Shown here: in pieces, positions 23,816 through 34,290 of the stretch
How positions within the stretch are numbered: the stretch's first letter is position 1
How the letters are laid out: the number at the start of each line of letters is the position of its first letter
Notes under the pieces: generated by a model
The model's database searches: none
The model's input: the letters and a program-made list of their open reading frames with translations, nothing else
What the model was told of the DNA's origin: nothing
Position numbers and translations under genes: made by a program
From: Mobula birostris
Taxonomy: Eukaryota
Reading direction: 5' to 3'
Assembly: GCF_030028105.1 (NCBI RefSeq)
Contig: NC_092370.1
Location: forward strand, 186,416,005 to 186,480,004
Length of the DNA stretch: 64,000 bases

Positions 23816-25094
23816 TAAACTTCACCACTGATGTACAGCAGCAGCAGTTTGTACCACCCACAGGATCCACTGCAGAGTACAGATGTATTAACATAACTGT
23901 CGTGCTCCAAACCCACGACCTCTACCAGTTAGAGGTACATGGGCAAAATAGCATGGGAACACCAGCAGCTGGAAATTGCCCTCTAAGCTGCACACCATCT
24001 TGACTTGGAAACATATCATCTTCCTTCATTGTTGCTAGGCCAAATTCCTGGAACTCTATCCGTAACAACTTTGCGGGTGTTTTGATCTCAAAGACTGCAG
24101 CAGTTTAAGATGGCCGCTCACTATCGCCTTCTCAAGGGCAACAAAGGATGGGCAAATAACTGTAATCTCAGCCTGTGAAGCCCACATCCCTTGAATGAAT
24201 AAAACAAAAGTTGTTTTCATATGCAGTACATTTTAAGTTTAGGATTTCCAAGTATTCTTCCAAGTAGTTTACTAGGAATGGAGAATGATTTAATGTTGTG
24301 TACAGATAACCAATTTAGAATACTAGTAGACAAAAAAATCTCACTGACTTCCAGTTGATTAATTACTGCAATTTTGAGCTTAATGAAACAGGAATGATTG
24401 AAATCACAGTCTGCAGTCTAATTTAAAAAGAGAAAGAAGTGTGTATTTGTACCTTATGATTCAATGCCTATGCTGCAACCATATAGTAATGATGGTCTGA
24501 ATGTGGTCACCACCGCATACCTAAAAGAAAATACTTGAAATAAAAATCAAATAATTTCTGTCATATGGAATTCTCCTACAAGGCTGGTTGTTGCAACAGG
24601 GCTTAGCACTAAGGGAGGATTTCTGGGTTTTCTGCAATGATGTCATCAAGCTGGCTCAGTAGCCCAAACCATTGAAAAATTCTCGCAAATAACATATCAG
24701 GAAAATACAGTAGAGCTCACCTTTTAACTGATATTTTCAAGATTGCAATGTAAAGATTAGATTGCATATATGAGATTAAGATACAAGATGAAATATCAAG
24801 TATGGACATTTAAATTTTAAAAAATTAACATCTATTGGCCTCAGAAATATTTTGTGCAGCCTAATATTTTAATCTGTTAAGAAAATCAATAATGATTGAA
24901 TCCTTCCTGTGCGTGTTGCATAGTGAAAAAATATTCTAGTCCTATGAGAGCATGAGACAACTTAGATTGAGATTTGACATCAAATGATGTGCAATGCACG
25001 TTTTGATGTCACTATTAATGTTGTAGGCACTCAAGCAGACGACTGAATTAATTGGAGCTTTTTGCCCACTTTTGCACTTTAGGATATTACCTGA

Positions 25095-25492
25095 TAATTT
25101 CTCCCTTCCTCCTTCCCTCTTCCCTCTTCTTCTATTCCTCACCCTAGCCGCTTACCTCTTCTCCTCATCTGCCTATCACCTCCTCCTCTTTCCCTTTCTC
25201 CCATGGTCCACTTTCCTCTCCTTTCAGATTCCTTCTTCTCCAGCCATTTTCCTTTTCCCAGCTTCTTATGTAATTTCCCACAAACTTGGCTTCACTTATC
25301 GCTTTTTAGCTTGTCCCCCCTTCCCCTAGAACCAACTTCTTAATCTGGCATCTTCTCCATTCATTTCCAGACCTGATGATGAGTCGAAGCCTGAAACATT
25401 GATTGTTTATTCATTTCCATTGATGCTGCCTGACCTGTATTTTGTTTGTGTTCTTCTGGATTTCCAGCATTTCAGAATCTCTTGTGTTTATG
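25095..25492 (+). mobile_element. Penelope (Neptune-type) 3' UTR/pLTR fragment with degenerate hammerhead
   Basis: Pyrimidine-rich UTR, then CAGAC-CTGATGA...GAAAC (25368-25397) and the tail GATGCTGCCTGACCTG...TTTCCAGCAT. Confidence 0.8.
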
Positions 25493-25926
25493 TTCTGCAT
25501 TATAGGCAATAATTTTACCAGGCCTATGTGACAGTGATCTCTGGAAGGTAGGTCTTCTTAAAGAATATTCGTCAGGTTTGTTCAAGCCCCCATATACCCC
25601 CTTTACTGCCCCTTTACATCTGCTGATGTTACTGGGACATCCTGATTGTGTGCCTCTTTCTCCTTCTTCAATGAAGAGCCACCATTTGATTGCCTGTCTG
25701 CCTCTGACCCCTTCTATTAATGTCCTGATTCTTGAACATCAGATCCAATCCTTCCAGACTCTTACCCTAATCTGCCTTGAATGATTTCCTCTTTGATTTC
25801 ATTATTTTAATGTGCAAGGCATGATGCCTTGGATATTATGGGTGATTGAATGCTGCATTTGGAGAGTAAGGAATCTCAAAGCCAGAATATAGTCCCCGCA
25901 CAGCACTGGTTTAATATGCCCTCTTT

Positions 25927-26039
25927 ACCATTTCTTTACGAGGCTGAGTTGCTAGCTTGATGCTCAATGCAGCATGGATGGAAGGAGTGTAGGGAGCCAA
26001 CTGAATTTGAACCCCGAAATCCGGTGTGAATCTGGCTAG
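25927..26039 (-). mobile_element. Truncated tRNA-derived SINE (same family as 26810-27018)
   Basis: Antisense similarity to 26850-26970. 16-bp TSD TTAAYATGCCCTCTTT at 25911-25926 and 26040-26055 with one mismatch. Confidence 0.7.
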
Positions 26040-26809
26040 TTAACATGCCCTCTTTGGCACTGAAGAATTTGTGGGTCATTATGATTTGAAATATTTATCT
26101 GAGAAAATTACAGTGCACAAAGATAAAATTAACCTCCTTAGAGCCAGAGAATTTGCTTACACTTTATTCAACAAGTATCTCGAAGTTATTTTACCGTAAG
26201 AAGTGTTCATGAATACCCAAAGTTATCATCAGATACTAATTTCTCAAGCTTATACTGGAGAAAGCAACAGGAGCTGGGAATCATTGATGCCAACTTCTTG
26301 AATTTAATAAATTACAAATGTGCATCTCTTTAAGGTTACTGTCAGTTTCATGGTACAGTATAAATAAAAGCTATCATAGATAAGTAAGTTGTTATTACAA
26401 ATAATATTATGATATCATTGAATACAAGAAAGGCAAAAACCAAATACATTTGGATATCAAAATCATAAATCTAATGATTATTTCTAAAGTTGTATAATAA
26501 ATAAAATTGGTTATCATGTAGTAGTTTACTACTGAATGTAAATGTTGCATTATCCTTAAAATAAATTGTATACAATTAGTGCACAAATGAAGTAAATGAG
26601 TGAGGTTTACTTAATCCACCCCACTACGTGCATCATCCATGTGGCTGCACCAACCCATTGCAGACCAACTAGTAGAATTCAGCTGGAACACTGGCCAGTT
26701 AATATGCCCTCAGGTTACAGCCAGAGGAGCTGGCCATGAGCAACAATTTGCCCTCAGAACAGACAAGCTGAAGTTCAAGTTTAATTGTCTTTCAACCATA
26801 CACATGAAT

Positions 26810-27018
26810 CTGCCAGGCCAGTGTTGTAGTAGCATCCGCACTGGACTGTGAGGTGAATGGTTCCGGATTTGAACTGGCTGGCCCCTTGCACACTTCCCAT
26901 CCGTACTGGGTTAAGCATCAAGCCAGCAATTCAGCCTCATAAAAATAGGCAAAATTGCTAAAGAAATGGCGAGGTTGCCGTCCGATGCACCACAAGGTGC
27001 AGAAAGGAACACCAATGT
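26810..27018 (+). mobile_element. tRNA-derived SINE inserted in a Rex1-type tail fragment (26770-27170, minus strand)
   Basis: tRNA-like head GGCCAGTGTTGTAGTAGCATCCGCACTGGACTGTGAGG...GGATTTGAACT. ACATGAAT is duplicated at 26802-26809 and 27019-27026. Confidence 0.65.
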
Positions 27019-27730
27019 ACATGAATACAGCTAAACGAAACGGTGTTCCTCTGGGGTCAAGATGCAAAACATAGTACAAACAGTTACATACAGTGCACAG
27101 CATATAGCACATTTTTACATAAAGTTATGATAGCAGAAAGGCATAGTCACTGAAAAATATATAGCCTAATTTCCTGGAAATCAGATGTCAGCACAACTAA
27201 CCACCCATTCCATTACTGGGGTCTTGTCAGGCTATTTGATCCTCTGCCAATATCCATATGTAACATACAAATTTCTTTAATGATAGCTCTGTCTGTTATG
27301 TTTCTTTTTAAAAATAGGAAGTATTTTTCTTTGTAAGCACTTTAAATTTACCCTTTGGGGAACTAAAGTATCAAAGAGAGGAAGAGTTAGCACCTACGTG
27401 ATGTAAATAAGCAGAATTTCATTCTTTGAAGTTTTGCATTATTGAAATTTCAAATACTTTAAGTTAGATAGACATAATATTGGCCGGTATAGACTTTCTT
27501 TGCGCAGAATGCCCAAACTTGTGTGAAATGGATTTGAGTTAGATCTTTGCCCAGAGGATCTCTGTGACTGACGAACAATTACCTACATAGAATATGTTTA
27601 CCAAGAGATATTGCTGTAAAGTTGAGAAAGAAATTTGGGTGAATATATTCAGTGACTAATGGTATTCACCTGCATTTATATTCGAGTTCCTAGATAATTA
27701 GGGCTAATATTTCTACATGGTGTTTTACAG

Positions 27731-27784
27731 ATTTGAAAGATTAGTGCTTTGTTTCTTGGAAGAGAAGGGGCTCTTGCCAGTTTG
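27731..27784 (+). CDS. Candidate 54-nt symmetric phase-2 cassette exon (xFERLVLCFLEEKGLLPVx)
   Basis: Branch point CTAAT at about 27704, acceptor TGTTTTACAG, donor TTG|GTGAGT, length a multiple of 3, only one phase open, no recognisable repeats nearby. Confidence 0.35.
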
Positions 27785-29259
27785 GTGAGTGATCACAGGT
27801 GCCCAATTTTCTTATGGGCATGAAATTTGAAGTGTATTCATCAGAGTTAACAATTCAGGTCCTTGCATGGATATCCGTGTAGAAACTGCGCACATTTTCT
27901 ACCTGGAAACAAAAACAACCAGGAGGAATATGGTGGAGAACAGATTGTGAGGGGAGAATAGCAAGTGTACCAAAGTTTGTGGAGAGTGATGAAAGGATTG
28001 GAGGATTGGTGGGGCTACAAGGAGATATCTGGAGACTCGTTGCCACATGAATTTGATTTTGGGTATGTAGGATTGGGTTGGTGGCAGTTTTAATGTTTCC
28101 ACACTGAGAATGTTAATAAAGAGCAGTAAGTATGTCCTTTCATTGAAGTGTATTTGAATGACAGACTTCCTGACAGCAATCCAGGTAGAGATGAACCATT
28201 TTATGTAATGTTTGATCAGATGTTAACTCTCTGACTAAAGATTTATTCCTATGTACAATGATCATAAAGTTCATAAATCATATATATGCTTTGGAAAATA
28301 TATGTTGAATATGTAATAGATGCCTCTATTACGTGTTCAACATCAATGGATATCAGTATGCATGGCTGGTGACCTCTGTGTAATGTAGAACTGTAGTAAT
28401 ACAAATGATTTTCTGTTGTTTACACATAACCTTTCCTTTGCAGTCTCAACCTTCACACAATAGATAAAACTGCTAGGAAAACAAATAGAGTAGCTAAAAT
28501 CTGCATTACGTATTAAAAGTAATGACAGTGCAATTGAGTGGACTAGGAACATGGTTGATAATTGCAGGCTTGTTTGTTGTGTCCAAGTGTTAGATTGGTT
28601 AAAAAGAAGATGATTAGCCCAAATACAGCTGCCTCTGGATTATAATCGGGTTCCATTTTGGCAGACAGCCATAAGTCTATTTTGTACTTAACACAGAAGA
28701 AGCTTAAAAACATTTGATAGGGCAACTTCATGGTATTGTAATGAATAGTGTTAATGAGACCCAAATAACAGAAACATTATTTATTGTCTTCTACCCAATT
28801 ACAATGGTGCGGGATTATAATGTCCCACTGACTGGTTTTGATGGGGTTGAGATATCAGAGGCTGTTTCATTGTTTAATAAAGTATCATTACACTATTATC
28901 AACAGAAGCAATTGGTTGTCCATTTCTAAAGCATCGCTGTTAAGTGGTCTCCCAATTTGAAACTGGCAGCCTGCGTTCTTAAAGACAATGGTGTCTGGTT
29001 GCTGCAGGAAGATTATACGTGCAGTTTTTTTCAGGATTGGTTTTTATTTGGATTTGAGATTATGTGTGGGAGCTCATCTGTATGTGCCGGGTGTCCAATG
29101 TCATACATTGATATCCCTGGAAGGGCCTGTATAACCACATACTGTAAAATGTGGTGAACATACTGAAATAAGTTGTGAAATTCAGCTTGTACCAAATGGA
29201 TAATACCAACTATGTCCTAAAAGTTCTAGCCAACAAGTTTACAAGTTTGCAATGGCAGG

Positions 29260-32200
29260 TTTACAAGTAGATGATGGGCGTAACATGAACGTAAGGAAGG
29301 ACAAGCCAAAGATTGGGTACAAATGCAGACAGGGCAAAGAGTTAAATTGTACTACAGAGGCAAAATTCAAAAGGCCGAAGAATGCAGGACTGAAGGTGCT
29401 GTAGTTAAATACGTGTAGCATTCAGAATAAGGTGGACGAACTCGTGGCACAATTAGAGACTGGTCGGTCACTGAATCGTGGCTGAAAGAAGGCCATAGTT
29501 GGGAGCTTAACATCAAAGGATATGCTTTGTATCAAAAGGACAGGATGTGTTGGTGTGTGGCCAAGTTGTTAAGGCGTTGGCCCAGTGATCTGAAGGTCGC
29601 TAGTTCGAGGCTCAGCTGAGGCAGCATGTTGTGTCCTTGAGCAAGGCACTTAACCACACATTGTTCTGCGGCGACACCAGTGCTAAGCTGTATCGGCTCT
29701 AGTGTACTTCCCTTGGACAACATCGGTGGCGTGGAGAGGGGAGACATGCAGCATGGACAACTGCTGGTCTTCCATACAACCTTGCCCAGGCCTACGACCT
29801 GGAAACCTTCCAAGGTGCAAATCCATGGTCTCACGAGACTAATGGATGCCTTATATATCAAAAGGACAGGCAGAAAGATATAGGTGGTGGTGTGTTTCTG
29901 TTGGTAAGAGGTGGAATTACATCTTTAGAAAGAGGTGACATAGGGTCAGAGAATGCTGAATCATTGTGGGTAAAGTTAAGAAACTGCAAGGGTTAAAAAA
30001 CCATTATGGGAATCATATATAGACCTCAAAATAGTAGCCAAGATGTGGAGTTGAGATTGCAAAGGGAGCTGGAAAAGGCATGTAATAAGGTTAACAACAC
30101 AATTGGAATCGGGGTCTTCAATATGGAAGGGGATTGGGAAAATCAGGTTGGTGTCGGATCGCAAGAGAGAGAATTTGTTGAATGCCTTTGAGATGGCTTT
30201 TTAGAGCATCTTGTGCTTGAGCCTACTCGGGGGAAGGCTATCTTAGATTGGATGTTGTGTCATAACCCAGATCTTATTAGGGAACTTAATGTAAGGGAAC
30301 CTTTAGGAGGCAGTGATCATAATATGATTGCATTTATGCTGCAATTTGAGAGGGAGAAGCATAAGCCACAGGTATCAGTATCGCAATGGAATAAAGGGAA
30401 TAACAGAGGGATGAGAGAGGAGCTTGCCGGGTGGATTGGAGGAAGATACTGGCAGGGATGATGGCAGAGCAGAGATGGCTGGAGTTTCTGGGTATAGTTC
30501 ACAAGGCACAGGATAGATATGTCCCACAGAAGAAGTTGTTCTCAAATGGTAGGGATAGGCAATCTTGGCTGATAAGGGAAGTTAAGGACTGCATAAAAGC
30601 CAAGAAAAGGGCATATAAGTGAGTGGGAAGTTGGATAATTGGGAAGCTTTTAAAATTCAACAAAAGGCAATTGAAAAAGCTATTTGCAGGGAAAAGATGA
30701 AATATGGGGGCAAACAAGTCAATAATATAAAGGAGATACCAGAAGTTTTTTTCAGTTATATAAAGAGTAGAAGGGAAGTGAGAGTTGATATTGGACCACT
30801 GAAAAATGATGCTGGTGTGGTAGTAATGGGGGACAAAGAAATGGCAGATGAACTTAATAGGTACTTTGCATCAGTCTACACTGTGGAAGACACTAGCAGT
30901 GTGCCAAAAGTATGTGAGTGTCAGGGTGCAGGAGTGAGTGCCATTGCAATTACAAAGGAAAAGGTCCTAGGTAAACTCAAAGGTCTTAAGGTGGATAAAT
31001 CACCTGGACCAGATGGACTACATCCCAGAGTCCTGAGAGAGGTTGCTGAAGAGATAATGGATGCATTGGTCATGATCTTTCAAGAATCACTTGATTCTAA
31101 CATGGTCTTGGAGGACTGGAAAAGTGCAAATGTCACTCCACTCTTTAAGAAAGGAGGAAGGCAAAAGAAAAGAAATTATAGGCCAGTTAACCTAACCTCA
31201 GTGGTTGGAAAAGTATTGGAGTCTATTATTAAGGTTGAGGTTTCGGGGTACTTGGAGACTAATGATAAAGTAAGTCAAAGTCAGCATGGTTTCTGTAAAG
31301 GGAAATCTTGCCTGACAAATCTGTTAGAGTTCTTCGAGGAAGTAACAAGCAGGGTGGACAAAGGCGAGGCAGTGGATATCATTTACTTGGATTTTCAGAA
31401 GGCATTTGATAAGGTGCCACATGTGAGACTGCTTAACAAGATAAAATCCTTTGGCATTACAGGAAAGATACTGGCATGGATAGAGGAATGGCTGACAGGC
31501 AGGAGGCAGCGAGTGGGAATAAAATGGGCCTTTTCTGGTTGGCTGCTTGTGACTAGTGGTGTTCCTCAGGGGTCAGTATTGGGACTGTTACTTTTCACAT
31601 TGTTTGTCAGCGATTTGGATAATGGAATTGATGGCTTTGTGGCAAAGTTTGTGTATGATACAAAGACAGGTAGTGCTGAGGAAGCAATGCATTTGCAGGT
31701 AGACTTAGACATCTTGAAAAATGGACAAAAAAGTGGCAGATGGAATACACTTTAAGGAAATGTACGATAATGCATTTTGATAAAAGGAACAATAGTAGAG
31801 ACTATTACCTAAATGGAGAGAAGGTTCAAACATCAGAGATGCAGAGGGATTTAGGAGTTCTCGTGCAAGCCTCCCAGAAGGTTAATTTACAGGTTGAGTC
31901 TGTGGTAAGGAAGGCAAATGCAAGGGAAATAGAATATAAAGGCAAGGAGATAATGCTGAGCCTTTATAAAACACTAGTCAGGCTGCACTTGGAGAATTGT
32001 CAACAGTTTTGGGCCCCATATCTCAGAAGGGATGTGCTGTTATTGAAGAAAGTCCAGAGGAGGTTCATGAGGGTGATTCCAGGAATGAAGGGGTTAACAT
32101 ATGAGGAGTGTTTGGCAACTTTGGGCCCAGACTTACTGGAATTTAGAAGTATGAGGGGGAATGTCATTGAAACTTACTGAGATAGGTGGTTATGGAGGGG

Positions 32201-32535
32201 ATGTTTCCTGTGGTGGGGGCATGCAGAACTAGAGGGCACAGCCTCAAAATTGAGGGGCAACCTTTTAGAACAGAGTTAAGGAGGAATTTTTTTTAGCCAG
32301 AGAGTAGTGAATCTGTGCAATGCTCTGCCATATTCTGTGGGGGATGCAAAGTCCGTGGGTATATTTAAGGTGGAAATTGACAGTTTCCTGATTGGTCAGG
32401 GCATCAAAGGATATGGTGAAAAGGCAGGTGTATGGGGTTGAGTGGGATCCAGGATCAGCCATGATGGAATGGTGGAGCAGACTCAATGGGTTGAATGGCC
32501 TAATTCTGCTCCTATGTCTTATGGTCTTATGGTCT
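29260..32535 (+). mobile_element. CR1 LINE, nearly complete ORF2 (APE endonuclease and RT) plus 3' tail, disrupted
   Basis: Endonuclease motifs GIIYRP and GGSDHNMI. RT ORF 30619-31755 (KSPGPDGLHP, NYRPVNLTS, YLDFQKAFDKV, GVPQGSVLG; catalytic motif decayed to FVYD). Tail CTTATGGTCTTATGGTCT. Confidence 0.96.
29545..29855 (+). mobile_element. tRNA-derived CORE-like SINE with RTE-type tail, inserted in the CR1 endonuclease region
   Basis: Boxes TGGCCAAGTTG and GTTCGAGGC, core-like GTGTCCTTGAGCAAGGCACTTAACC. Perfect 15-bp TSD TATCAAAAGGACAGG at 29530-29544 and 29856-29870. Confidence 0.92.
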
Positions 32536-33239
32536 AACTCCGTGGGGAGCCACCCGAATTCAACCTCGTTATAGTTGCTGGCTTGTTATTATTTGAATAA
32601 GATCCAATCGTGAAAATTGTTGATGTTACTAATTAATTATTACAGGAGCTGAGTAGTATAGTAGTGGTCCTTACATCCTATCTGTTGCCATCTTATGAAT
32701 GAAAAATTATCTCATAAAAAAGCTGAGTTTTGAATACCTGACCAATATATATCAAGGAAGCAACAGAATCTCTAACATTTATCTTTGACTCCTCACTATG
32801 GACATTAGTAATGTTAATTCAAGGTTAGTAGCAAATTATTATATTTAAAAATTTTAGATGAAAATAATTCTTTTATTAACCTTCATTAATTTACCCTCAA
32901 GCTGCTGTGTGTACTCTTCCTTGCTGGAAGAAGCTGGACCGCAAGCCATGTACAAAGTGCAAAGGATTTATACTGCTTATCTCAACAAATCCACAGAAGA
33001 GTTTAAAGTAACTTTATTCTCAAAGTACATATACGTCACCGTACACAATCTTGAGATTCATTTTCTTGCAGGCATTCCCAGTAAGTACTAAAAACACAAT
33101 AGAATCAATGAAAGGCTGCTTCCAACAGGACAGACAAACAACCAATGTGCAAAAAACAACAAACTGTGCAAGTAATAAAAGAAAATAAGAAATAATAATA
33201 ATAATGATTTTAGTAGAAAATAATATTATTAATAACAAT

Positions 33240-34225
33240 AATTTTATTCATGGATGATTTGAAATTATATGCTTCTTCATCAGTAAAGCTAAAGCAATTC
33301 AAATAATGAAACTAATTTTGAAAGATATGAACATGTACTTTGACTGGATAAATGCAGAACATTAAACATAAAGAAAGGTGCTGTAGAGTTAATAGAATAC
33401 AAAACAGAGCAGCAGGATACAATACAACTGATGGATGAATATGAAACATATTAGTCTAAGGGATATCAACAAGCAAACAAAATAGATCATAGTGTGATAA
33501 AAGAAAAAATTTTGACAGAATTAGCTCAAGAAAATCTGTGAAACAGAGCTCAACAGTAAAAATATAATTTAGGCAATAAACAATTTTGATATACCTATAT
33601 TATTTTAGCATAATATCTTGTTCTGAAACTGATCTGGAATACTTAAAAAGAAAAATAAGAAATCAAATGAAAAATTTTAGAAAATTTTATGTTCACTCAA
33701 ATATACTTAGGTTAACACTACCTAGGGCAGAAGGAGGAAGTGGAACAACAGACATAAAAAATTTACACAACAGTCAGATAAAATTTCTAAGAATATATTT
33801 TCATCAACGAAAACATGATTCAGTGCTCCACACGGGCATATGCAATTCTGATAAGAAGTATGCACCACTAAACTCAAATGAAACCACAAGGCAGAAAAAT
33901 GAAGAAATTATCGCTGCAGAAGTAAAAGTTAACCAGTGAAAGAGCATGACCCGCCATGGAAGACATTCCCACGATCTGAACAGACTAGGTGTCAACAACA
34001 AAGTGTTGAATGTTTGGCGCAGAGTTGGAGACCTCCTCCCAGAAACAGGGTTTGCTTGTGGCAATACAGACCCATGTGTTTAACACAAAAAACACATAAT
34101 AAATGACCAACAAATTCAAGACAATAAATGTAGAAAATGCCAAGAGAAACCAGAAATGAGTGTGCTTCTCTATGCTTGTAGATCTGGGTTTACCAGCCTG
34201 AGTTGAGAAAAATTAAAAATACAGC
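33240..34225 (+). mobile_element. R4/Dong-clade non-LTR retrotransposon remnant (5'-truncated, RLE region deleted)
   Basis: LFMDDLKLYA at 33244-33273, ORF 33586-33939 with HSNILRLTLPRAEGGSG, then HGRH...W..VGDLLPETGF and KCRKCQEKPE. Ends in (AAT)n. Confidence 0.8.
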
Positions 34226-34290
34226 AATAATAATAATAATAATAATAAATAAATAAATACATACATACATACATACATACACACATACAT
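34226..34290. repeat. Compound microsatellite (AAT)n(AAAT)n(ACAT)n
   Basis: Directly visible. Confidence 0.95.

Larger units (their letters stand above)
21380..24205 (+). mobile_element. Old CR1-group LINE (distinct family), RT to 3' end, interrupted by two insertions
   Basis: GPDNILAIILKTCAPELAMPLAKLFQ at about 21610-21690 resumes near 22965. ORF 23318-23566 has AGIPQGSV...VRLFAGDC, and the tail CCCACATCCCTTGAATGAATAAAA is near 24200. Confidence 0.8.

Noticed and set aside
26690-26712. CTGGCCAGTTAATATGCCCTC resembling the SINE junction at 26032-26052
   Set aside because: Short match with no supporting structure; I cannot distinguish it from chance.
27781-27784. 4-nt microexon TTTG between CCAG and GTGAGT
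   Set aside because: The upstream sequence is purine-rich; the acceptor at 27730 giving a 54-nt exon is much better.
28405-28465. Strong-looking acceptor CCTTTCCTTTGCAG
   Set aside because: No matching donor nearby and no convincing reading frame follows.
29545-29625. tRNA gene
   Set aside because: It is the tRNA-derived head of a SINE with body, tail and TSD; the same applies to the other SINE heads.
30619-31755. Longest ORF (378 aa) as a functional reverse transcriptase gene
   Set aside because: It is a fragment of a CR1 ORF2 with flanking frameshifts and stops, a SINE in the endonuclease region, and the catalytic FADD decayed to FVYD.
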